64,000 nucleotides of DNA, taken from NCBI GenBank assembly GCA_963755915.1, contig CAVWLP010000003.1:704001-768000 (forward strand), in the 5' to 3' direction. Below the pieces are notes generated by a model that was given only the letters and a program-made list of their open reading frames with translations, was not told the DNA's origin and did no database searches. The stretch's first letter is position 1, and every line of letters begins with the position of its first letter. Source of the stretch: an uncultured Phycisphaerales bacterium. GTDB lineage: Bacteria > Planctomycetota > Phycisphaerae > Tepidisphaerales > Tepidisphaeraceae. Below, one piece after another: positions 1 through 11,027 of this stretch. The position numbers were made by a program, and so were the translations under genes.

Positions 1-108
1 CGAGCGCGCCTTGCTGAGCGCGGGCAGAAGCACCGCGACCAGAATCGCGATAATCCCAATAACGACAAGGAGTTCCACGAGAGTGAATGCTTGTGTTCGG
101 CGTGTCAT
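1..108 (-). CDS. Prepilin-type N-terminal cleavage/methylation domain protein (5' end only; runs off the window)
   Basis: Manual translation of the minus strand from ATG at 108 gives [36 protein letters not shown], a type IV pilin-like FTLVELLVV motif. Confidence 0.9.
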   Translation of the reverse strand, partial: MTRRTQAFTLVELLVVIGIIAILVAVLLPALSKARS

Positions 109-126
109 GCGGGAGATATTATCGAC

Positions 127-145
127 ATTGAGACTCAATCTCAAT
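127..145. promoter_or_regulatory. Fur-box-like 19-bp inverted repeat
   Basis: ATTGAGA-CTCAA-TCTCAAT, perfect 7-5-7 palindrome about 19 bp upstream of the prepilin-like start codon. Confidence 0.5.
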
Positions 146-158
146 AGCGAAAATCTCA

Positions 159-1862
<1,704 letters not shown>

Positions 1863-1904
1863 CTATAGCGTGGGGCATGGTCAGGGACAATGAAAATCGG
1901 CCCA

Positions 1905-3080
1905 ATGAATATCGCTCTGGTGATTTTTCAATCGGAGGAGACCCGCGGCGGAGCCGAGCGTTATACCGTGGATATCGCCGAGGGTTTAGCTGCGCGCGGG
2001 CACGCCGTGGAATTGATCTCATCGAGCTTTGGCAAACCGATCGAAGGGGTGCGGAGGGTGGAGATCGGGGCGCGGGCGGCGACGAAAGCCGGTCAATATG
2101 CACAATTCCTTAAGAATCTTGACGTACACCTCGCGCAAAACAAATACGACGTGATCCACGCGATGCTCCCGGTGAAGCACTGCGATATTTACCACCCGCA
2201 CGCGGGGATGGCGAAAGCAACGGTGCAGTCCTATCAGTTGCGCGGCGGCGGTCCCGCGCGGGCGCTGGCGATGGCCGGAAACCGCCTCAACCGCAAGCGG
2301 CGCCTCTATGCCGACGTGGAAGGCAGGCTCATGTACGGCGCCGACAGGCCCATCGTCCTCTGCCTTTCCGATTATTCGAAGGGGATCGTCCTTCGGCATT
2401 ATCCGGATATCGGCGGCCAGCTAGTGAAGCTGTTCAACGGGACTGACCTGCAGCGATTCGACCCCACAACCCACGCGGCGGCGAGAAGGGCTGTTCGGCA
2501 GAACCTTGGGATCGGCGAAGAAGTCACCGTCGGTTTGATGATCGCCCAGAATTTCCATCGCAAGGGGTTGGCGGAGGTGATCGCGGCGACGGCGAGCATT
2601 GGCAGCCGCTCCGGCGAAGCCGCCCCGACGATCGTGGTTTTGGGCAAAGACAATTCAATGCGAGGCCGGCTTCAAGCGCGCCGGCTGGGGATCGAGAATC
2701 GGATCATCTTTGCGGGCGAATCAAAAGCAGCCGCCGATTTTTACGCCGCGGCGGATTTTTTTGTCCTGCCGACCCGCCATGATTCATGCAGCCTGGTCGT
2801 GCTGGAATCGCTGGCGATGGGAGTGCCGGTCATTAGCACGGTTTTCAACGGCGCCTGCGAAGCGATGACCGACGGCGTGCACGGATATGTGCTGGAAGAC
2901 CCCTCCAACGTCTCCGCCCTCGCCAACGCCATGACCCGGCTGCTGGATCCCAGGCTGCGAACGAAAATGCGCGAAGCATGCCTGGCCCTGCGGCCCTCGC
3001 TTTCACAGGAGGCGCATCTGGATCGGCTGGAAGAAATCTATCGAAAGAGGATCAAATCAGCCGGTCACGTCAAGCATTGA
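1905..3080 (+). CDS. Glycosyltransferase family 4 (RfaG/WaaG-like)
   Basis: GGAERY near the N-terminus, NFHRKGL, and ADFFVLPTRHDSCSLVVLESLAMGVPVI (GT-B motif). Confidence 0.9.
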   Translation: MNIALVIFQSEETRGGAERYTVDIAEGLAARGHAVELISSSFGKPIEGVRRVEIGARAATKAGQYAQFLKNLDVHLAQNKYDVIHAMLPVKHCDIYHPHAGMAKATVQSYQLRGGGPARALAMAGNRLNRKRRLYADVEGRLMYGADRPIVLCLSDYSKGIVLRHYPDIGGQLVKLFNGTDLQRFDPTTHAAARRAVRQNLGIGEEVTVGLMIAQNFHRKGLAEVIAATASIGSRSGEAAPTIVVLGKDNSMRGRLQARRLGIENRIIFAGESKAAADFYAAADFFVLPTRHDSCSLVVLESLAMGVPVISTVFNGACEAMTDGVHGYVLEDPSNVSALANAMTRLLDPRLRTKMREACLALRPSLSQEAHLDRLEEIYRKRIKSAGHVKH

Positions 3081-3617
3081 CCCGACCGGAATGCTGCTGA
3101 AACTTGAAAACGGGTTTGTCGAACCCCCCTGAACATTTTGAATGGCGCTCATCAGATCGCTTTGGAACTGCTGAGAGCTGATGCCCGCGGAGGCGAGGAT
3201 TTTCTGGAACCCCTCGGCCGAGCTGGGGGAGCCGTTTGCTTCAGGGCCCTGCCCGTTGATTTCGGCGGCGGCGAGATTCGAAGCGGCGGTGGTGTTGGAG
3301 CCAAATCCGAGATTCTTCAAAAGACTCGCGATCGTGCTTTGCACGATCTGGTTTGGATTCTGACTGGAATGCGAGAGCTGCGCCTTCTGAAGCGCCGTGG
3401 TGACCGCCTGGCGAATCTGCGTGAAGATCTGCGAGGTATTTCCGCTCAGCAGGCTGGCGGATTTCTGAGCGCCCCCACCGCTCAACTGGCTGCTGGCGGG
3501 GATCATCCCGGGCAGGCCGGTGTTTCCGCTGGCCAGTTGGCTCGCCTGCTGCTTCTGAAAGCTCTGAATCCACTGGGCGATATTGGAACCGCCCGAATTG
3601 GTGATCGCGGAGAGCAT
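3057..3617 (-). CDS. Hypothetical Ser/Gln/Gly-rich protein
   Basis: 186-aa ORF with ATG start and protein-like composition; no recognisable domain. Confidence 0.65.
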   Translation of the reverse strand: MLSAITNSGGSNIAQWIQSFQKQQASQLASGNTGLPGMIPASSQLSGGGAQKSASLLSGNTSQIFTQIRQAVTTALQKAQLSHSSQNPNQIVQSTIASLLKNLGFGSNTTAASNLAAAEINGQGPEANGSPSSAEGFQKILASAGISSQQFQSDLMSAIQNVQGGSTNPFSSFSSIPVGSMLDVTG

Positions 3618-4089
3618 CTGGTGGCGTTTTATCGGCCTTCAAGGGTCGGCAAGGCGAAAAAATTGCGCCTGGGCGGTTATCGGACGGTGGCAATGAGGCG
3701 CGGCTCGAAGGATTTAGATCACCGCCTGACGTACGCTGGTATTAGGCGCTCGGGGCTGATTGTTTTTTGGACTGGGAGTTTCATTGGTGATTCCCCGGAA
3801 TTCCCCTTTTTTTCGGGAGGGATTTTCGCAAGATTCCCCATTTGAGGGAACCGTTTTTGTGGGGGATGGGGGGGGTGTGTCTGAAAGTGCCCGGTTTTGC
3901 CCGGGATTCGACGATGGAATCTTTTCCCGGGCTGCAGTTGAACAGGCGGGGGCGGGTCGGGCGAATGGGTCGAAAACGTGTGCATCTATATACAGGTCCA
4001 AAAGGTGTACGTTTTGTACCTATTTTCGAGAAATCTGGGAATTTTGTGGGGGCGATTGGTGAGAATGCAAAGAATCTGACAATGCCGAG

Positions 4090-5078
4090 CTAGGTAGAAC
4101 CAGGCTCGCCGAGATGGGTTGCCCAGAAATCGGCGGCACGCTGGATGGAGAAATGATCCTCAACCCGTTTGCGAGCGGCCTCGCCCATCGCCTGGCGGCG
4201 GACGGGATCGCCGGCGAGGGTGGCAATCGCTTCGGTCCACTGCTCGGCGGATTTGGGCAGGAAGCCGGTCAGGCCCTCCTGGATAATCTCCCGGTTAGCC
4301 CCAACGGGGCTGGCAATGGCCGGTAAGCCGGTGGCCATGTACTGGATGATCTTGAATCCGCATTTGCCCAGGGTCCAGCGGTTTTCGGGCGTAGGGGCGA
4401 TGCCGATGTCGCCGCGGAGAAGCGCGGTGGATTCTGCCGCGACCGACCAGGGAACGTGCTCGGTTGGGATCGGCGGATTGGCCAGCGGAACGTCTCCGAT
4501 CGTGATCAGCCGGAGCCCCGGGACGCGTTTAGCCGCGTCAATCAAGACCGGGGCAATCTCGGCGACGTAGGGAATGGTCGATTTGCTGCCGATCCAGACG
4601 AGCGTCGGGCGATCGGTGGCAGCGTGCGATTTTTGCTGATAATGCCCCGGATCGACAACGGTCGGCAGGATACTGACCTGAGCCCCCTGGCGCGAAACAG
4701 TTCGGCCAGATATTCGTTGCCCGCCACAACCCGCGCCGCGCGGGCGATGGCATGAAACCGGCGGTTGGTGCGCCACTGCTCGATGGGGCCGACGGGGCGG
4801 CTGTGGAACATGACGGCGTCGTCGACATCGTAAAAAAGCTTTCTCGCGTTTCGTTTCAGCAGGCTCGTATCGAGCGGGTCGAGCATTTTCCGCTGGAGGA
4901 TGACGGCATCGTATTCCGCAGCGCGGCGAAGCAGTCGCCGGCGCGGCAGCATGGAGCGAGGGCGAACGTGGATGTCGAGCTCGAAGCCGCGCTGGGCGAG
5001 TGCGTCGCGCAGCGATTCGATGCGGAGCCGGAAGGACGCCTGCTGGAGATTGTTGGTGATAACCAGGACGCGCGACAC
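4090..5078 (-). CDS. Glycosyltransferase family 4 (frameshift near 4685)
   Basis: N-half ASFRLRI...ILQRK...FYDVDDA in ORF 4542..5216; C-half LVWIGSKST...DIGIAP...GKCGFKIIQYMATGLPAIASPVG in ORF 4090..5478. Confidence 0.85.
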
Positions 5079-5172
5079 GCTGGGGGGATTGTCGGGGCGG
5101 GGAGAGCGGCGAGCAAGCTCGCCGGCCACACGATTGACCCCGTGGCGCCAATGCAGTATCTCCCCCACGCAC

Positions 5173-5820
5173 GTGGCAGTCGGTTCGCAACAGTTTACGC
5201 GGCGGGATGACGACACGCTGTTTCGCGCTATGCGGGGGATGGCGGGGGTTTACTCGCGGGCGTTTCACCAGGTTCGCGTCGCCAGCCCCTGCCAGGTCCC
5301 CCCACGCGGGCCGGCAATCCTCATTTGCAACCACATCAGCAGCATCGATCCAGTCATCCTCCAGTCCTTTTGCCCGCGGCTGGTGCGCTGGCTGATGGCC
5401 AAGGAATATTACCAGTTCAAGTCGATGCGCTGGCTGTTCAATACGCTGGGGGTGATTCTGGTGGATCGGACCGGGCAAGATATGGTTTCGGCGCGGGCCG
5501 CGATGCGGGCGCTGGCCGCTGGGTATGTCATTGGAATTTTTCCCGAGGGACGGATCGAGACCACCAGGGAATTGCTGCCGTTTCAGAGCGGGATCGGACT
5601 GCTGGCCCTGCGAACGCGCGCTCCGGTTTATCCGGTCTACCTCGACGGCACCCAGCGCGGGAAGGAGATGGTGGAGGCGGCGATCACGCGAAACGATATC
5701 ACGGTCTCGTTTGGGCCGCGGGTGGGGCTGGGGGATCTGAACAAATTGCGCGAAGGCGTAGACGAAGCAACCCGGCGAATTGAGTTGGCCGTGCGCGCTT
5801 TGCAGAACGGCAAAACCTGA
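5173..5820 (+). CDS. plsC: 1-acyl-sn-glycerol-3-phosphate (lysophospholipid) acyltransferase
   Basis: NHISSID (HX4D) and IFPEGR motifs; start estimated at GTG 5173. Confidence 0.85.
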   Translation: MAVGSQQFTRRDDDTLFRAMRGMAGVYSRAFHQVRVASPCQVPPRGPAILICNHISSIDPVILQSFCPRLVRWLMAKEYYQFKSMRWLFNTLGVILVDRTGQDMVSARAAMRALAAGYVIGIFPEGRIETTRELLPFQSGIGLLALRTRAPVYPVYLDGTQRGKEMVEAAITRNDITVSFGPRVGLGDLNKLREGVDEATRRIELAVRALQNGKT

Positions 5821-5821
5821 A

Positions 5822-6414
5822 TCACAGGTTCAGGAATTCGCGCATGTGCTGGTCGAAAATTTTCTGGGCCTGGGGGTCGGACAGTGGGAGGCGCAGCTCG
5901 TTGATGACCTTCGTTCCCATGCCGATCCATTCGCGCCAGCAGTCGGCGCAGATATTTTCGAAGATTTCCTTGCCCTGGGCGTTGCTGAACGGCTGGCTGG
6001 CTTGCTTTCGCGCCACCCGGCCGCAGCGCTTGCAGAGAACTTGTCCTTCGCCGACGGGTTGCGATGTCTCCGCCTGGGCGGCTTCGGGAACGGGGGCGCC
6101 CAGGTCCTTGAGCATTTGAATCATTTCTTTCCGCGGCATCATCTCGCCGCGCGCGGCGGCGACTTCCACGCCGCGGGTGAGCCGCTCAATCGCCTCGGGC
6201 TTTCGGTCCTGGCGCAGAGCGCCGCCGCCAGAAGCTGATAGGCCTTGGCGATGTTGGGATTCAGCTCCAGCGTGCGCTGGAAGGATTGGATCGCCTGCGG
6301 AAAGTCGCCCGCGTCGAGGCAGGCGCGGCCGAGGGAAAAATGCCCCAGCTCGTTGCTCGGATCGGCTTCGGCCATTTTTCGGAACTGTTCGATTCGTGGA
6401 TCGCTTGCGGGCAT
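5822..6414 (-). CDS. TPR + YggX-like Fe(II)-trafficking/oxidative damage protection fusion (frameshift near 6210)
   Basis: TPR ELGHFSLGRACLDAGDFPQAIQSFQRTLELNPN in ORF 6139..6414; YggX-like PFSNAQGKEIFENICADCWREW...VINELRL...HMREFL in ORF 5822..6169. Confidence 0.8.
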
Positions 6415-6442
6415 AGGGGGTCGCTCCTGAATTGCTGAAAGA

Positions 6443-7027
6443 CTACTTCATCGGACTGCCGCAGGGACAGACAAATTTTCTGCCAAACGATTTGGCCGGC
6501 GGGACCTTCACCTCGATCTCGCACCCGCAGCGGGGGCAGGAAATCCGCGCCCCGTTTGATGCCGGCGGCGGAGGAGGAGGCGGCGGCGGTGATTCTGCTG
6601 CCTCGTCGATGTCATCCACGTCGGATTTCCTGTCCATCGCCAGGTTGGCCAGACGGTCCGCCAGGGAATTGTGATGGCGAAGATTGTGCTCGAACTTGAC
6701 GGATTTGAATCCGGCCGCCAGATCGCTCGCCTGCTCGAAGAGCTGCTTGAGGGCGGGATTTTTGACACGGTATTCGCCGCGCATCTGCTTGATGACCAGT
6801 TCGCTGTCGCCGCGGATGAGGATGCTCGTCGCGCCAAGCTGGGCGGCTTCGCGAAGACCGAGAATCAGTGCCTTATATTCGGCCGCGTTATTTGTGTTGG
6901 CGCCGATATATTTGCCCTTGGTCACCAGCGTGGTGCCGTCTTCGGCAGCCAGGACGACGCCAATGCCGGCCGGGCCGGGGTTTCCGCGACTGCCACCGTC
7001 GAAGTTGACCGTGATGGTTTCGGTCAT
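6443..7027 (-). CDS. Ribonuclease HI family protein with C-terminal Zn ribbon
   Basis: FDGGSRGNPGPAG, TNNAAEY, GDSELV and NSLADRLAN catalytic motifs; poly-Pro linker then CPRC...CPCG. Confidence 0.9.
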   Translation of the reverse strand: MTETITVNFDGGSRGNPGPAGIGVVLAAEDGTTLVTKGKYIGANTNNAAEYKALILGLREAAQLGATSILIRGDSELVIKQMRGEYRVKNPALKQLFEQASDLAAGFKSVKFEHNLRHHNSLADRLANLAMDRKSDVDDIDEAAESPPPPPPPPPASNGARISCPRCGCEIEVKVPPAKSFGRKFVCPCGSPMK

Positions 7028-7169
7028 CGTGGTATTCTAGACGGCACCGGCGGGGGTTTGCCATCGCCATTCGCAACTCGCCCCCGGCGTGCGTGATTTT
7101 GCCGCTAAATTTGCCAACGGATTACGCCGATTTTCGACCTGGGCAGCATTAGGTAAAAGACACTTCACT

Positions 7170-7940
7170 ATGGCCGATAACAACGCCGAACTTTTACGGG
7201 AAGCCATCGCCCGCAACGTGACGGCGGTGTTGTCCCTGCCGTCCGCGGGAATGCTGCGGAATTATAAATCACGCCTGCTGGGGGAACTCGACGGCGGAAT
7301 TCTGCTCCAGTCGACGCTTGAGGCACGCCCGCTTTCGGAGGACCTGATCCGCTCGAAAACTCCGGTCGTCGTTTCATTCCGAAGCGGAACCATGCGCGTC
7401 GTGTTCGCTTCGCCGATCCTGCGGATCCAACCGTGCTTCAAGATCAACGACGAACTGCTCGTTGAAGCGGTGCTGCTTGCGTTTCCGACGAAGATCCAGT
7501 CGCAGCAAAAGCGATTTAACTACCGCGTGGAGATTCCCCAGTACACCGAGATTTCGGTGCGGGTCTGGAGAATGGGGCCGGGCGACTATCTGAAGGCGCC
7601 CCCTCTCGCGGCGACGGAACTGAAAGCCGAGATCCGCGACCTGAGCACCGGCGGCGTCGGCGTTAAGCTTTTAGGAGCCGACGGCGAGCCCCCCAAGGTC
7701 TGCACCGACGACCGGCTCCGCGTCGAACTGCGATACAACGAAAACACCCTGCTCGTCGAAGGAAAGATGCGCAAGCCGTCCAACTCCAGCAAGCATTGGC
7801 TCATCACGGGAATCGAGTTCGAAAAGCTCGAAGAAAACCTTGAGGGAAGGCAGACGCTTTCGCAGCTCGTGCGCATCGTAGGGGAATTGCAGCGGGCCGA
7901 ATTGCGAAACGTGCGAATGGGATTGACGAAGACCGCCTGA
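7170..7940 (+). CDS. PilZ domain protein (YcgR-like c-di-GMP receptor)
   Basis: QKRFNYR (RxxxR) and DLSTGG (DxSxGG) c-di-GMP binding motifs. Confidence 0.8.
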   Translation: MADNNAELLREAIARNVTAVLSLPSAGMLRNYKSRLLGELDGGILLQSTLEARPLSEDLIRSKTPVVVSFRSGTMRVVFASPILRIQPCFKINDELLVEAVLLAFPTKIQSQQKRFNYRVEIPQYTEISVRVWRMGPGDYLKAPPLAATELKAEIRDLSTGGVGVKLLGADGEPPKVCTDDRLRVELRYNENTLLVEGKMRKPSNSSKHWLITGIEFEKLEENLEGRQTLSQLVRIVGELQRAELRNVRMGLTKTA

Positions 7941-7969
7941 ACCGGAAACCGCAATCACAAAACACGCCT

Positions 7970-7999
7970 GTTTAGCCGCGACCCGAAGGGGAGCGCGTT
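7970..7999 (+). repeat. REP-like element, family A (copy 1)
   Basis: GTTTAGCCGCGACCCGAAGGGGAGCGCGTT; exact reverse complement at 50740-50769; variants at 14925 and 26198. Confidence 0.85.
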
Positions 8000-8006
8000 C
8001 TCACAT

Positions 8007-8468
8007 TTAGAGTGCGTTTTCCTGCGCCACAATCACGTCGTAAATCTCCTGCGACGATTTGGCGAGAGAGAGTGCCTGGCGGAATTTATCGATAGTCATC
8101 AGCCGGCTGATTCGCGCCAGGGCGTGAATGTGCGGGCCGGTTTTATCCGGGGGCGAGGTAAGCAGCCAGATCAGCGAGACCGGCCTGCCGTCGATCGATT
8201 GGAAGTCGATGGGGGTGGTCAGCTTTCCGATGGCCATGACAAGCTGGGTCGTTCCCGTGCATTTTCCGTGGGGGATGGCCAGCCCGTTGCCGATGCCGGT
8301 GGTTCGGGTCATCTCGCGCTCCAGGACTGCGTCAAGAACGGCCTTGGCGTCCTGGATTTCACCATTTTTTGCCAGCAGGGCGACGAGCTCGCCGATGGCT
8401 TCATTCTTGGTCTTGGCCTGCATCGGCACAAGAATGTTTTGGGGCTTGAGGATTTCGGTCAAACGCAT
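8007..8468 (-). CDS. PTS IIA component (Ntr/fructose type)
   Basis: RE...TTGIGNGLAIPHG phospho-His motif and IDFQSIDGRPV. Confidence 0.92.
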   Translation of the reverse strand: MRLTEILKPQNILVPMQAKTKNEAIGELVALLAKNGEIQDAKAVLDAVLEREMTRTTGIGNGLAIPHGKCTGTTQLVMAIGKLTTPIDFQSIDGRPVSLIWLLTSPPDKTGPHIHALARISRLMTIDKFRQALSLAKSSQEIYDVIVAQENAL

Positions 8469-8560
8469 TTAACAACTCCGGTGCCGTCGTTATCGGCAGT
8501 CAGTTCAGCGCGAAAAAAGAATCGTACCGATGCCCAAGGGGCGAAGCAACCACAAAAGAA

Positions 8561-9190
8561 TTAGGTTCCAAAAAGCCGGTCGCCGGCATCGCCCAGGCCG
8601 GGAAGAATGTAACCTTTTTCATTGAGCTGCCGATCCACGGCGGCGCAATAAATGGGAATTTCAGGATGGGCGCGGTGAATCGCTTCGATCCCCTCCGGAG
8701 CGGCAACCAGGCAGACAAACCGAATGTTGCAAGCCCCGGCTTTTTTGAGGAAATGCACGGCCGCGGTTCCGCTTCCGCCGGTGGCCAGCATCGGGTCGAT
8801 CAGCAGCACTTCGCTCGACTCGATATCGGGCGGCAGTTTTTGGTAATAGGAAACCGGCTCAAGCGTCGTCTCATTGCGATAGACGCCCAGATGCCCAAGC
8901 CGCGCCTCCGGCAAAAGCCGCAGGACGCCGCCCGCCATGCCCAGCCCGGCGCGAAGGATCGGCACCAGTGTCACCCGCCGCGCCAGCACCCGCCCGGTGG
9001 TGCGCTCCATCGGCGTCTGCACCGGCCGGTGCGTCGTCGGCCAGTCGCGCGTCACCTCATAAACCATCAGCGACGCAATCTCGTCCAGCAGCGTGCGGAA
9101 TTTGCGGTGGTCGGTCGTGTAATCCCGAAGCTCAGTGAGCTTGGTCTGGATCACCGGGTGGTCGATGACGATGACGTTCTGATGAGGCAT
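8561..9190 (-). CDS. upp: Uracil phosphoribosyltransferase
   Basis: VPILRAGLGM, IDPMLATGGS, GYILPGLGDAGDRLFGT. Confidence 0.96.
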   Translation of the reverse strand: MPHQNVIVIDHPVIQTKLTELRDYTTDHRKFRTLLDEIASLMVYEVTRDWPTTHRPVQTPMERTTGRVLARRVTLVPILRAGLGMAGGVLRLLPEARLGHLGVYRNETTLEPVSYYQKLPPDIESSEVLLIDPMLATGGSGTAAVHFLKKAGACNIRFVCLVAAPEGIEAIHRAHPEIPIYCAAVDRQLNEKGYILPGLGDAGDRLFGT

Positions 9191-9260
9191 CCCGACGCAT
9201 TGTCCCGGAATTAGCGCGGGATTCCAGTATTGTTCTCCGCCAACATTTAACCGCTGGTTC

Positions 9261-11023
9261 CTACGGCCCGCCGCCCCCGGGCTCCGCCCCAATCGACTCC
9301 ATCGCCGCCGATTCAATGTCCGTATAGCGGTAAATAAAAATCGTATTCCCCACCACCGCCACCGGCGTCTTCCCCTGAAGCTCCTTGCTGTACATCAAAC
9401 TCACATCCGCCCGATGAAATTTCCCCTCACCAAAATCCCGACCGATCACCATCCGGTTCAGCATCCCATCCAGGAAATACGCGTCCACCCCCACAAGCTT
9501 CACCGTCTCCGGGCTTCCCGGATGAATGATCGGGTAAAACTTCACCCCGTAAACCTGCGGATCAATAAATCCGAAATAAGCCAGGTCGATCGCCGGCACC
9601 TTCTGATCGCGCATCCAGTCCCGCAGCTCGATCAGCCCCTGCCCCCAGGTATAATCCGAATCGCTCAGCAGCCTCCACCCGTTCGACGCCCCCCCCACCG
9701 CAAAATTCACGAACGTCAGAAACCGCGGGCAGACCCACAGCGTCTCCACCGCCAGCATCGCCAGCAGCCCATTTCGCAGGTAAGGCATCACCATGCGCTT
9801 TTCCGCCGTGCTCGGCCTCTCCGCCCACAGCCGCGAAGCCAGGACGATCGCCGGCGCAAACCCCGGCAGCAGATACCTCGTCCCGATATTCAAATCCCCC
9901 AGAACAATTACCCCCGGCGCAAACACCGCCAGCCCAAGAAAAACGCTCCACTCCCCCGCCCTCCTCCCCGGCGGCGCCGGTCCCCTGAATCCCACCGCCG
10001 ACGCGCCCGCCGCCGCCAGCAGCAGCAGCATCGACACCGGCAGCTTGCATAGCAGCGCCGCCGGGAAGTAATACCACCGCGCCCCCCGGTAAATATCCCC
10101 AAACAAAAACGCCGTGTATCCCCCCTGACTGTCCCGCTTCTGCACGTCAAACCCCAGCAGCAAGAGCTGCGGAACCGGCGACGGCGTCGCCGCCGGCAGC
10201 TCCCGCTGCACCTTCTGAAAAAAATCCGACTCGAAATCAAACGACCCGATCCCCCGCCCCGTTCCACTGAACCCGTAGATGACGTTCAGCAGCACCAGCG
10301 TCGCCCCCGCCAGCCCCGCCCACGCCCCCGGCAACACCCACCGCCTCCCCCGCCCGAAAAACGGAACCGCCATCGCCAGCAGCATCGGCCACAGCAGCAC
10401 CGACGTAAACTTGCACAAATGCGCCGCCAAAACGGCCACGCAAACCATCCCCCACCTCCCCGCCGACGGCGCCCGGCAGAACTTCCACCACAGCCAGCAC
10501 GCCGCCCCCATCGCCGCCGCCGTCCCCACGTCCGTCGTCACCAGTGCCCCGTGCGCCAGCACGCTCGGATTCAGGCAATACATCGCGCACGCCGCCGCCC
10601 CGCTCCTCGGCCCATACAGCCGCCGCGCCCACCGGAACGTCACCAACCCCAGCAAACACGAAATCGGAATCATCCCCAGCCGCGAAAACAGCAGCAGCCT
10701 CTCAAACCGCGCATAGTTCGCCATCACGAACGCATCGCAGTACACCCAGTGCCTCTCGACGATCGGCCGCTTGTCCGCCTCCTCCGTCGGCGGAGCTTGC
10801 GCCCGGCCAGAACGGAGGGAATCGCCCCCCAAAGCCGCAGCAGCGGCGGGCTCAAACTATAAATCGTGAAATCGTGCTGACCCCAATACTCAACCCCCGC
10901 GGCTAAGTGCGCCGGTTCGTCAAACGTCGCCGAATTGCGGGTTGCGCTTATCGCCAGCAGCGCCGCGTGCGCCGCCAGCAGCGCCGCGCACGCCAGGTTG
11001 GGAAGCCGTACTCGGTCAATCAA
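9261..11023 (-). CDS. ArnT/PMT (GT39/GT83) family membrane glycosyltransferase (frameshift near 10810)
   Basis: SATFDEPAHLAAG in ORF 10724..11023; NPSVLAHGALVTTD and multiple TM segments in ORF 9261..10832. Confidence 0.8.
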
Positions 11024-11027
11024 TCGC

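Noticed and set aside
3620-4090. Long intergenic region as an ncRNA or small ORF
   Set aside because: No convincing stems, RNA family motifs or coding signal were recognisable.
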